DNA of 64,000 nucleotides from an uncultured delta proteobacterium (GTDB lineage Bacteria; Desulfobacterota; Desulfobacteria; Desulfobacterales; SpSt-501): NCBI GenBank assembly GCA_963700055.1, contig CAVOWH010000021.1, positions 408 to 64,407 of the forward strand, read 5' to 3'. Shown piece by piece: positions 55,739 to 64,000 of this stretch (position 1 is its first letter; each line of letters starts with the position of its first letter). The notes under the pieces were generated by a model. It saw only the letters and a program-made list of their open reading frames with translations, ran no database searches and was not told where the DNA came from. The position numbers and the translations under genes were made by a program.

Positions 55739-56638
55739 TTAGAGCGCTTTTATTGTATCGGCATACATGCTGAACAGAATATCGTTTTCGCGATAGACCT
55801 GTTCGAGCTGCTCCTGGTGGGTCTTGAGCCTTTCGTTCTTGAGGGTGGCCAGTTCGAGGATCAGGTAGTTGATGATGCAGGCGATGGCCATGGGGTAGCC
55901 AATGAGCGGGATTGACTTGGACGGCGCAACCAGGCTGCCGTGCGCAAAGGGAATCAGGGGGCAGAGGGTGCTGTCGGTGATCACGATCAGCGTGTGACCG
56001 AGCCGCCGGGCCACCTTGCCCATGCGGATCAGCTCGTTCGGGTAGCGCGAGACGGCAAAAAGCACCACCAGGCTTTTTTCCGGTGCGTTGGTGAGCCAGT
56101 CGATGGCGGCGCTGTCGCTGCCCTTGAGGATATGAACCCCCTTGCGCACCTTGGTGAGCGACCAGCCCAGATAATAGGCGAAAGCGAAGGAGATCCGGGA
56201 GCCGATCACATACACGGCCGGGCTTTCCCGCAGGCGGGTCACCAGTCCGGCCAGCGCCTCCATGTCCAGGGTTTCGTAGAGCTGCCTCAAATTGCTCATC
56301 TCCTCCAGCAGCACATGCTGCAGGCGGGCCGGGCCGGGCCCGTTCATCCCGGGCAGACCCACGCGATCCGGCAGCGAGAGCCCCGTGTCGACGAAGTCCC
56401 TGAGAGCCTGCAAAAAATCGGCGTACCCGTCAAAATCCAATTGGCTGACGAAGCGGACCACGGTCGCTTCGCTGACCCGGCAGGCCTCGGCCAGCTCCTT
56501 GGTGGTCATGAAGACGGCCTTGCGGGGGTGTTGGATGATGAAGTCAGCCAGGATTCTACCCTTGGGCGTCAAGGCGTCCCGGTAGTCGATGATCTTCTTG
56601 ATGACCGGGTGAGAGGAATGGTCGGACATAGTTGACAT
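55739..56638 (-). CDS. MurR/RpiR-family transcriptional regulator (HTH_6 + SIS)
   Basis: TTKELAEACRVSEATVVRFVSQLDFDGYADF is followed by a SIS-like domain (VYVIGSRISFAFAYYL). Confidence 0.85.
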   Translation of the reverse strand: MSTMSDHSSHPVIKKIIDYRDALTPKGRILADFIIQHPRKAVFMTTKELAEACRVSEATVVRFVSQLDFDGYADFLQALRDFVDTGLSLPDRVGLPGMNGPGPARLQHVLLEEMSNLRQLYETLDMEALAGLVTRLRESPAVYVIGSRISFAFAYYLGWSLTKVRKGVHILKGSDSAAIDWLTNAPEKSLVVLFAVSRYPNELIRMGKVARRLGHTLIVITDSTLCPLIPFAHGSLVAPSKSIPLIGYPMAIACIINYLILELATLKNERLKTHQEQLEQVYRENDILFSMYADTIKAL

Positions 56639-56766
56639 CCTTGGTTTTAGATTTTGATGAAAGACATATTACATCTTTTTATTATTTGCAACAGTTTAAA
56701 TTAATAGGTTAAAACTAAATAAAAAACGATTCATGAAAATAATAATTTCATATTTTAATTTTTATA

Positions 56767-56796
56767 TTGACATGTTTTGTTTCATTGTGCATAAAA
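56767..56796 (+). promoter_or_regulatory. Sigma70-like promoter candidate for the sox-type operon in an AT-rich divergent control region
   Basis: TTGACA (56767-72), 17 nt, then CATAAA preceded by TG (extended -10-like). The nearby palindrome atgaaa-ataataa-tttcat could be an operator. Confidence 0.4.
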
Positions 56797-56865
56797 AGCG
56801 CCAATCATTCCGTTGCCGGCGCTGATCAAACCTTCACGGGAAACCACAAGCGGTAGGGGGCAGGT

Positions 56866-58089
56866 ATGTTTCGACGATTCAAACCCCTTTGGGGAAAGAA
56901 GCCCGGTCTCAAATCCAGCTATGACGCGGTGATCATCGGAGGCGGGCTGCACAGTCTGGCTACCGCCTATTATCTTGCCAAAGAGCAGAGTTTGAGCAAC
57001 GTGGCGATCCTGGAGAAGAACTTCATCGGTTTCGGCGGTGCCGGCCGCAACACCGCCATCGTGCGCGCCAACCAGCGCACCCAGGAAAACGTGCCCCTAT
57101 ACAAGGAGGCCCTGGACCTGTGGCCCGTTCTGACCCAAGAGCTGGACTACAACCTGATGTTCAACAACTGCGGCAACCTGAACCTGATGCACAGCGAGGC
57201 GGCCATGAACGCAGCGCGCATGAACGTCTGCACGGCGCAGTTTCACGGTGTCGAAAGCCATCTGCTGGACCCCCGGCAGGTCAAGGAACTGGAGCCGGCC
57301 ATCAACATATCCGCTGACATCACCTACCCCATTCACGGCGCCATGTTCCATCCGCCCGGCGGCGTCATCCGGCACGACGCGGTGGTCTGGGGGTTGGCCA
57401 AGGGGGCGGCCGCGCAAGGAGTGCACATCCATCAACAGACCGAGGCCACGGCGATCCACACCGACGGCGGCAAAATCACCGGCGTGGACACCCCCCGCGG
57501 CCGGATCAACACCTCCCGAGTGCTGGTCTCCGCCGGAGGCTATTCGGCCGGCATCATCAACAAGATGCTGGGCATCAGGCTGCCCATCAGCGTCCTGACG
57601 ATCCAGGCCATGGTCACCCAGCCGCTCAAACCGGTGCTGCACCACGTGGTCTCCTCGGGCATGTACCACGCCTATGCCAACCAGACCTTGAAGGGTGAAA
57701 TCGCAACGGGCGCCCACATGGATCAATGGCCCAACTACACGACCCTCACCACGGCCCACTACATCAAACACCAGGCCGAGGCGCTCTCCGAATTCCTGCC
57801 TTTCCTGCGGGGTGTCAAGTTCATGCGCCACTGGGCGGGGCTGGCCGACATGACCCCCGACATGGCGCCCATCATGGACGGCAACGATCCCGTCGAGGGG
57901 TTTTACATGAACTGCGGCTGGGGCTACTTCGGCTTCAAGTCCTGCACGGCCACCGGCCGGCACATGGCCGCTTTCATAGCCAAAGGCAAATGCCCGGAAC
58001 GGTTGAAGCCCTTCGGCCTGAGGCGCTACGAGAACCACCGACTGATGGGCGAGACCGCCGCATTGGTCACCTACACCCCGGACAACTGA
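56866..58089 (+). CDS. soxB: Sarcosine oxidase beta-subunit family FAD oxidoreductase
   Basis: YDAVIIGGGLHSLATAYYLAKE...GGAGRNTAIVRANQ...CGWGYFGFK; 407 aa. Confidence 0.8.
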   Translation: MFRRFKPLWGKKPGLKSSYDAVIIGGGLHSLATAYYLAKEQSLSNVAILEKNFIGFGGAGRNTAIVRANQRTQENVPLYKEALDLWPVLTQELDYNLMFNNCGNLNLMHSEAAMNAARMNVCTAQFHGVESHLLDPRQVKELEPAINISADITYPIHGAMFHPPGGVIRHDAVVWGLAKGAAAQGVHIHQQTEATAIHTDGGKITGVDTPRGRINTSRVLVSAGGYSAGIINKMLGIRLPISVLTIQAMVTQPLKPVLHHVVSSGMYHAYANQTLKGEIATGAHMDQWPNYTTLTTAHYIKHQAEALSEFLPFLRGVKFMRHWAGLADMTPDMAPIMDGNDPVEGFYMNCGWGYFGFKSCTATGRHMAAFIAKGKCPERLKPFGLRRYENHRLMGETAALVTYTPDN

Positions 58090-58258
58090 TGACTTTGCAA
58101 GAAATCCCAATTTCGGCGTTGCGCTTCATCCCGCAGTCGCTGCGGCGTACCGGGAGTACGCCTCGCTCCGCAGGAATCGCGCGCCTTGAACTTGGGCTTT
58201 TTGCCAAGTCATCGATTCAGATGATTTTTGGCGTAGTTTTTACAAAGGAGGCGAGGAT

Positions 58259-58519
58259 ATGGCACTGACGATTACCTGCCCGGTTTGCGGCAAGCGCAAC
58301 GGTTACGAATTCCGCTATGGCGGTGAGGACAAGGGCCCGCGGCCGGTTGAGGAAGGGATGACACCGCGCAGTTGGTGCGACTACGTCCACATGAACGCCT
58401 GTGTCGCCGGCGTGCAGAAGGAGTGGTGGTGCCACAAGAACGGGTGCGGCGCCTGGTTCACCATCCACCGCAACACCTTAACCAACCTTGAAGCGGAGGG
58501 GCCGGAGGTAACATCATGA
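58259..58519 (+). CDS. soxD: Sarcosine oxidase delta-subunit family protein
   Basis: 86 aa: ITCPVCGKRNGYEFRYGGE...WWCHKNGCGAWF (Zn-ribbon pattern typical of SoxD). Confidence 0.75.
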   Translation: MALTITCPVCGKRNGYEFRYGGEDKGPRPVEEGMTPRSWCDYVHMNACVAGVQKEWWCHKNGCGAWFTIHRNTLTNLEAEGPEVTS

Positions 58520-61431
58520 GATTAGACCGATTGCCGACGCTGCGCATCAATCCGTCGGAGACATGCACCCTGCACTACAACGGGAAGACCTCCCCGGGGG
58601 TCTCCGGCGATACCGTGGCAACGGCCCTATACGCCAACGGGGTGCGCGTCTTCGGGCGCAGCTTGAAGTATCACCGCCCCCGCGGGCTTTACAGCCTCGA
58701 CGGGGAGTGCAGCAACACCTGCATGGCGGTGGACGGGATCCCCAACGTGCGCGCCGAGAACACCCCGGCGAAAAACGGGATGCATGTCGCTGCCCAGAAC
58801 GTCCGGGGTTCGGCCGACTTCGATTGGATGGGATTCATGGACAAGCTGGATTGGCTGATGCCGGCCGGTTTCTACTACCGCACCCTGCACAAGCCCGCCC
58901 GGCTGTGGCCCTTTGCCCTGAAGCAGGTGCGCAAAGTCGCCGGTTTGGGAAAGATCTCCCCGGATTTCAAGATGAAGGGCCGGTATGCCGAAATCTATCC
59001 AGCGGCGGATGTGTGCGTGATCGGCGGCGGAGCGGCCGGGATGAGCGCGGCGCTGGCGGCGGCCGAAAGCGGCCTGCGGGTGATTCTGCTGGAAGCGCGG
59101 CCCTGGCTGGGCGGCAGCTTCGATTACCGGGTCAGCCCTTACGACGGCGAAAAAGCGCTTTATCAACGCGCGCGCGAGTTGGCCGCCCAGGTGGAGGCCG
59201 CGGCCAGCATACGGGTCTTCACGCACGCGGCCAACGTGGGGCTCTACAACAACAACCTGGTCACGGCCTTTCAGGTCGGCCCGCAGGGCGGGTCTTTCGA
59301 TGAACGCTACATCGAGATCCGGGCGGCCAGCGTGGTCGTGGCGACCGGCTGCATCGAAAGGCCGCTCTTGTTTGAAAACAACGAGCGCCCGGGGGTCATG
59401 CAGATCGGCTGCGCCCACCGGCTGGCGCGCACCTACGGGCTGCTGCCGGGCAACCGGGCGGTCTTCAGCATCGGGCACGATCTCGGCCTGGAAGCGGCCG
59501 TCGACCTGTGCGATCTGGGAATGGAGATCGCCTGCGTCGCCGACATTCGCGAAGACGGCCAGAACCCCGACCTGCTGTTGGCGCTCGCCGAGCGCAAGAT
59601 CCCCTTCCTGCGCGGCTGGGTGGCGGCCAGAGCGCACGGCGCCAAACAGGTCGACAAGGTCACGCTGCGCACCATCGAGGGCAGCGTCAAGCGCCAGTTC
59701 GAATGCGACCTGCTGGTGGCCTCCGCCGGCCTCACGCCGCTCACGGGTCCCTTGACCCTGGCCCAGGCCCGGCTGCGTTTCGACGCTCACACGGGCTATT
59801 TCCTGCCGGCCGACCTGCCGGCCAAGGTGCACGCCGCCGGCAGCCTGACCGGCCGGAATCATCCGCTGGCGATCGAGGCCTCCGGCCGGCTGGCCGGCCT
59901 CAAGGCGGCGGCCGATTGCGGTCGTGACACCGCGGATGCCGTTACCGCCGCCGCGGCCCGCCTCAGCCGGCTTCCCGGCCCCGAGCGGGGCACCAAACTG
60001 GTGACCGCACCGGTCAAGGGGCGCAAGAGCTTCATCTGCTTCGACGAGGACACCACCGTCAAGAACATCAAGCAGGCGATCGACATGGGCTTCGATGTCC
60101 CCGAGCTGATCAAGCGCTTCACCTCGGCCGGCACCGGCCCGGGCCAGGGAGGCATCCCCGGCCACAACCTGCCCCTGTTCGCCGCCCGGTACCAGGCCCT
60201 GGCCGGCGCAACCCCGGTTCCCACCACTTCGCGGGTGCCCCTGGTGCCGACGTTGCTCGCCACCTATGCCGGGGCCCATCACGACATGTGCAAGCGCACG
60301 CCGCTGGACGAGCTGCAGAAGCGCGACGGCGGAGTGTTCCGCCGCATCGGCGTGTGGCAGCGGGCGCGCTATTTCTCGCAGGACTTCAGCTGCCGCGAAG
60401 AGGTCCTCAACGTGCGCAACAACGTGGGCATGCTCGACGGCTCCACCCTGGGCAAGTTCCGCCTCCACGGGCCCGACGCCCTCAAGGCGCTGCAGCGCGT
60501 CTACGTCGGCAACATGGCCAAGATGACGCCGGGTAAAATCAAATACTCGGCCATGTGCAACGAGGACGGATGCGTAATCGACGACGGCGTGGTGGTGAAA
60601 ATCGCGGAAAACGATTACTACTTCACCACCTCCACCGCCCGCGCCGGCGAAACCGCGGAGTGGCTCCGCTATCACACCCGCTACGACGGCTGGGACTACC
60701 ATATCGTCAACCTCACCGACGCCCTGGGTGTGATCAACATCTCGGGACCGAATGCGCGCAAGGTTCTTCAGAAGGTCGCCGATGCGGATCTCTCCAACGA
60801 GGCGTTCCCCTTCGGCGGCTATCGCGAATTCGTGATCCAGGGGGTGATCCCGGTGCGCGCCATGCGGCTGGGGTTCGTGGGCGAGCTTTCCTACGAGCTG
60901 CACGCCCCCTCCTCCTACATGGTCGCCCTGTGGCGGATGCTGGCCGAGGCCGGCAAGGAGTTCGGCATCCGCAACTTCGGCGTGGAAGCGCAGAACGTCC
61001 TGCGCATGGAAAAGGGCCACATCATCCTGGGAGTGGAATCCGAGCAGCGCACCAACCTGCTCGACCTGGGATTGGGCTCTTTGTGGGACCGCCACAAGAC
61101 CGAGACGAAAACCGTGGGGACCGTGGCCCTGCGTCAGGCCGAAGCCGACCCAACCCGCTTCCGCCTGGTGGGGATCGAGATGGACGACCGCGAGCGACCG
61201 CCGCGCGACGGCTCCATCATCGTGGACCAGCGCGTGCGGGGCTACGTCTGCACCGCGCGCCGCAGCTTTACCATGAACCGATCGGTGGGTATGGCGCTCG
61301 TGGAAGCCGAGCGGGCCGCAGTGGACACCCGCCTCGAGATTTTCGAAGACGAGTGCAACGGTCACAAGCTGGCCGCCCGGGTCGTACCCATGCCGTTTTA
61401 CGATCCCCAAGGAAACCGGATGAGAATGTGA
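58516..61431 (+). CDS. soxA: Sarcosine oxidase alpha-subunit family protein (N-terminal 2Fe-2S-like/FAD-NAD domains + C-terminal GcvT-like folate-binding domain)
   Basis: ATGA overlap with soxD. CVIGGGAAGMSAALAAAESGLRVILLE. The GcvT-like region has GMLDGSTLGKFRLHGPDA...YFTTSTARAGE...GELSYELH. Confidence 0.85.
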   Translation: MRLDRLPTLRINPSETCTLHYNGKTSPGVSGDTVATALYANGVRVFGRSLKYHRPRGLYSLDGECSNTCMAVDGIPNVRAENTPAKNGMHVAAQNVRGSADFDWMGFMDKLDWLMPAGFYYRTLHKPARLWPFALKQVRKVAGLGKISPDFKMKGRYAEIYPAADVCVIGGGAAGMSAALAAAESGLRVILLEARPWLGGSFDYRVSPYDGEKALYQRARELAAQVEAAASIRVFTHAANVGLYNNNLVTAFQVGPQGGSFDERYIEIRAASVVVATGCIERPLLFENNERPGVMQIGCAHRLARTYGLLPGNRAVFSIGHDLGLEAAVDLCDLGMEIACVADIREDGQNPDLLLALAERKIPFLRGWVAARAHGAKQVDKVTLRTIEGSVKRQFECDLLVASAGLTPLTGPLTLAQARLRFDAHTGYFLPADLPAKVHAAGSLTGRNHPLAIEASGRLAGLKAAADCGRDTADAVTAAAARLSRLPGPERGTKLVTAPVKGRKSFICFDEDTTVKNIKQAIDMGFDVPELIKRFTSAGTGPGQGGIPGHNLPLFAARYQALAGATPVPTTSRVPLVPTLLATYAGAHHDMCKRTPLDELQKRDGGVFRRIGVWQRARYFSQDFSCREEVLNVRNNVGMLDGSTLGKFRLHGPDALKALQRVYVGNMAKMTPGKIKYSAMCNEDGCVIDDGVVVKIAENDYYFTTSTARAGETAEWLRYHTRYDGWDYHIVNLTDALGVINISGPNARKVLQKVADADLSNEAFPFGGYREFVIQGVIPVRAMRLGFVGELSYELHAPSSYMVALWRMLAEAGKEFGIRNFGVEAQNVLRMEKGHIILGVESEQRTNLLDLGLGSLWDRHKTETKTVGTVALRQAEADPTRFRLVGIEMDDRERPPRDGSIIVDQRVRGYVCTARRSFTMNRSVGMALVEAERAAVDTRLEIFEDECNGHKLAARVVPMPFYDPQGNRMRM

Positions 61432-61588
61432 TGAGAACTGGTTTCCTAACCCCGTCTGACGCCCGGGGGCGGCGTTGCCGGCCTCTCGAAATGCTCACGT
61501 ACTGCCGTGTATGCTGCGCTTTCGAATCGGCCGGCGCCTTGCCCGCGGGCGCGATCCGAAGTTATGAAACCAGTTCAAGGAGCGAAAC

Positions 61589-62269
61589 ATGACGAGTATT
61601 GAAAGACGATCGCCCGTTCGCTTCAAAGGCCGCATCAAGAAATCCAAGCGGCGCGACAACTGGACGGTGGTGATGACTTACGAGGACGAGGGCCAGGGCC
61701 CCTTCCTCGTGGACCTCTCCCATACAACCCGCTGGGACCTGCAGGATAAAAACCTCTCCCGGTTCAAGCCCCTGGGAAAACAGGTCCCCAGGGCACCCGG
61801 CACATGCCTGCTGCAAGACGGCATCCTGATCAACCGCATGAACCGCACACAGGCCTCGATCTGGCATCTGTTGCCCGGCGCCCTGGACCTGCCGGCGGAA
61901 TCGGGCTACACGGATGTGAGCGATGCGACGATCTGCCTGGCCCTGTTCGGCCCGAACGCCCTGGCCGTGGTCGAGAAGCTCTGCGCGCTCGATTTCCTCG
62001 ACCCCGCGAAACAGACGCCTTTTCTGCTGCAAGGCCCCTTTTCCCACGTCTCCTGTCAGTTGGTGCTCATGCAAAGGGGTCAGGGGTTTGACGGTGGACT
62101 GCTGCTCACCTGCTCCCGCGGGTATGCCCAGAGCATGGCCCACGCCGTCCTGGGAGCCGGCGCCGAGTTCGGGCTTGCGCCGGCCGGCGAAAAGCGCTTT
62201 ACCGATTGGCTGGGCCAGCCTGCCCCCGCGAAAAGCAAGCCCGCCCGCAAGCGCAAAGCAGAAAAATAG
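61589..62269 (+). CDS. soxG: Sarcosine oxidase gamma-subunit-like protein
   Basis: Position after soxA, its size (226 aa) and the GcvT-fragment-like pattern (RSPV..., LVDLSHTTRWDLQ, ICLALFGPNALAVVEKL). The Lys-rich tail is atypical. Confidence 0.55.
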   Translation: MTSIERRSPVRFKGRIKKSKRRDNWTVVMTYEDEGQGPFLVDLSHTTRWDLQDKNLSRFKPLGKQVPRAPGTCLLQDGILINRMNRTQASIWHLLPGALDLPAESGYTDVSDATICLALFGPNALAVVEKLCALDFLDPAKQTPFLLQGPFSHVSCQLVLMQRGQGFDGGLLLTCSRGYAQSMAHAVLGAGAEFGLAPAGEKRFTDWLGQPAPAKSKPARKRKAEK

Positions 62270-62391
62270 GTTGAAGACTGAAGGCCGAAGGCTGGCGGCT
62301 TTCAGGGATAAATCACGCGTGAAGCGTTATAAACTCAGACTTCGGACTTCAGCCTAAACACCTTAGTATCCAACACCAAGGAGGGTTCATT

Positions 62392-63729
62392 ATGAACAAG
62401 ACGTACGATGCCATCATCATCGGGGCCGGCGTGATCGGCTGCCCCATTGCCTATGAACTGGCGAGGAAGGGCTACAAAACGCTCACCGTGGACAAGAACG
62501 CCGACGCCGGCGAGGGCTCCACGGCCGGCTCCTGCGCCATCGTGCGCGCCCACTACTCGACGGTGGACGGGGTTGCCATGGCCTACGAAGGCTTCAAATA
62601 CTGGCTCGATTGGCAGAACTACCTCGGCAACGTGAAAGACGAAAAGGGGCTGGCCAAGTTCATGAACACCGGCTCGGTCCTGCTCAAGTCCAAAGGCCAC
62701 GATTGGCGCAAGGTCAAGAGCAACTACGACGTGGTCGGCGTGCAATACGAAGAGTGGGGCCTCGACAAGATCAAGAAGCAGATTCCCGTGCTCGACCTGC
62801 ATGAGTACTGGCCGGTCAAGCGGCCCGAGGATCCTTCTTTCTTCAATGATCCCACCGGCACGCTCGAAGGCGCCATTTTCTGCCCCGAGGGCGGCTACGT
62901 CAACGACCCCGTCCTCTCGGCCCACAACATCATGCGCGCGGCCGAGACGCACGGCTCCGAGTTCATGTTCAAGGTCAAGGTGGTTGGCATCCGCAGCCAG
63001 AACGGCAAGGTCCAGGGTATCACCCTGAAGGACGGGCGCCAGTTCGACGCGCCCGTCGTGGTCAACGTGGCCGGTCCGCACTCCTTCAAGATCAACCAGC
63101 TGGCCGAAGGGGTCTGGCAGGGCTGCAACATCAAGACCAAGGCCCTGCGGCACGAGGTGATGCACTGCCCCTCGCCCGAAGGCTACGACTACCTGAACGA
63201 CGGCTACCACACCTCCGACGGCGATCTCGGGATCTATTACCGCCCCGAGGTGGGCAACATGTTCCTGATCGGCAGCGAAGACCCCAAGTGCGACCCCCAG
63301 GAATGGGTGGATCCGGATGCGTTTTACGCCGGCCAGGGCGGCCGCGGCCGCGACAACCAGCTGAGCGAAGCGCAGTGGAAGGCGCAGTGCTACCGGTTGG
63401 GCCGGCGCATTCCGAGCCTGCAGGTGCCCAACCAGCCGAAGGGTGTCTGCGACCTCTACGACTGCTCCGACGATTGGATCCCCCTCTACGACAAATCGGA
63501 CCTGGGCGGTTTCTACATGGCGATCGGCACCAGCGGCAACCAGTACAAGAACGCACCGGTGGTGGGCCACATGATGGCCGAACTCATCGAAGCCTGTGAG
63601 CAGGGACTGGAACACGACAAGCAACCACTCCAGTACAAATTGCCGCACATCGGCCGCTTGATCAACGTGGGCTTTTTCTCCCGCAAGCGCGAAATCAACC
63701 GCAACTCCAGTTTTTCCGTCAACGGATAA
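62392..63729 (+). CDS. FAD-dependent oxidoreductase (DAO/glycine-sarcosine oxidase-like superfamily)
   Basis: YDAIIIGAGVIGCPIAYELARKGYKTLTVDK...GSTAGSCAIVRAHY; 445 aa. Confidence 0.75.
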   Translation: MNKTYDAIIIGAGVIGCPIAYELARKGYKTLTVDKNADAGEGSTAGSCAIVRAHYSTVDGVAMAYEGFKYWLDWQNYLGNVKDEKGLAKFMNTGSVLLKSKGHDWRKVKSNYDVVGVQYEEWGLDKIKKQIPVLDLHEYWPVKRPEDPSFFNDPTGTLEGAIFCPEGGYVNDPVLSAHNIMRAAETHGSEFMFKVKVVGIRSQNGKVQGITLKDGRQFDAPVVVNVAGPHSFKINQLAEGVWQGCNIKTKALRHEVMHCPSPEGYDYLNDGYHTSDGDLGIYYRPEVGNMFLIGSEDPKCDPQEWVDPDAFYAGQGGRGRDNQLSEAQWKAQCYRLGRRIPSLQVPNQPKGVCDLYDCSDDWIPLYDKSDLGGFYMAIGTSGNQYKNAPVVGHMMAELIEACEQGLEHDKQPLQYKLPHIGRLINVGFFSRKREINRNSSFSVNG

Positions 63730-63772
63730 TTTCATCCGCCGGAGGCCGATGAAATGATATAGGGGTAATAAC

Positions 63773-63806
63773 AAAAACGGGTCTGTGGTGCGCAGGTCCG
63801 TTTTTT
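63773..63806 (+). terminator. Rho-independent terminator candidate
   Basis: aaaaacgggtctgtggtgcgcaggtccgtttttt: an imperfect stem followed by a T6 run. Confidence 0.5.
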
Positions 63807-63908
63807 ATGGTAGGAATTGAAAAGATCCGCTGCTGGCGGAGGCATGCCGACGCCTCGGATTTCTACAAGAGGTCACCTTAAGAGCATCACTTCTGGGCGG
63901 GATACAAC

Positions 63909-64000
63909 CATGGACCTATTTAAAATTTATGTTTGCATCAAGCATGTGCCGGACTCCGCGGCCACTATCACCATCATCGGAAAAAATCAGATCGCTGACA
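63909..64000 (+). CDS. etfB: Electron transfer flavoprotein beta subunit, 5' end only (runs off window)
   Basis: MDLFKIYVCIKHVPDSAATITIIGKNQIAD matches the EtfB N-terminal pattern (..V C.K.VPD....). Confidence 0.55.

Noticed and set aside
58627-61410. 927-aa minus-strand ORF antisense to soxA, and the similar ORFs 57097..58110 and 62335..63774
   Set aside because: These are antisense shadows of strongly supported sox-type genes. They have no motifs, and their composition is dominated by Gly/Ala/Arg/Val/Asp from complementary codons.

Overview
Mosaic 64-kb window. I saw no rRNA, tRNA or CRISPR array by eye. It has three parts. (1) nt 1 to ~6,170 is a visibly more GC-rich block carrying a cell-surface polysaccharide gene set: a secreted repeat protein, a Wzc-type BY-kinase/co-polymerase, a RelB/RelE-type TA pair, a clan GH-A glycosidase, a hexapeptide acyltransferase and a WbaP-type priming sugar transferase. 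Every gene except the small antitoxin is broken by frameshifts or a stop. The block ends abruptly against a 5'-truncated livG, so it is either an assembly mis-join or a decayed foreign insertion. (2) The backbone (6.19-17.15 kb and 29.5-64 kb) looks, from gene content only, like an anaerobic Desulfobacterota-type genome. It carries livGF, a LysE-family exporter, PutA, an AmmeMemoRadiSam operon, an epimerase, a LigB/DODA dioxygenase, a TRAP transporter, a PaaK-like ligase with response regulator, YajD, NadK, an Lrp-decarboxylase-MFS unit and a seven-gene DRTGG/GHKL/HydA-like/PHP/2Fe-2S sensory cassette. It continues with MtnA, a NirD/AhbB-like protein, a B12-radical SAM enzyme, PepA, a PaaI thioesterase, YbaK, a membrane HdrD/DsrK-like FeS oxidoreductase, RpiR, a soxBDAG-type operon, an extra FAD oxidoreductase and the start of etfB. 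(3) 17.15-29.5 kb is an accessory mosaic. It holds TA-toxin and IS91-family debris, an orphan ~1,022-aa protein with a WD40 propeller inserted in an unrecognisable domain plus a hydrophobic hairpin, and a densely base-paired non-coding stretch. It also holds a secreted protein plus polytopic membrane protein pair bracketed by diverged direct repeats, and a lower-GC nim/OsmC/SDR trio with cassette-like repeats. The best candidates for something new are the WD40 orphan and its neighbours, the apparently exported AmmeMemoRadiSam system with an embedded SpeE-like membrane protein, and the repeat families. All calls come from reading the translated ORFs and the nucleotide sequence by eye. No database search or statistic was run. 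Coordinates of frameshifted genes are approximate and GC statements are qualitative.
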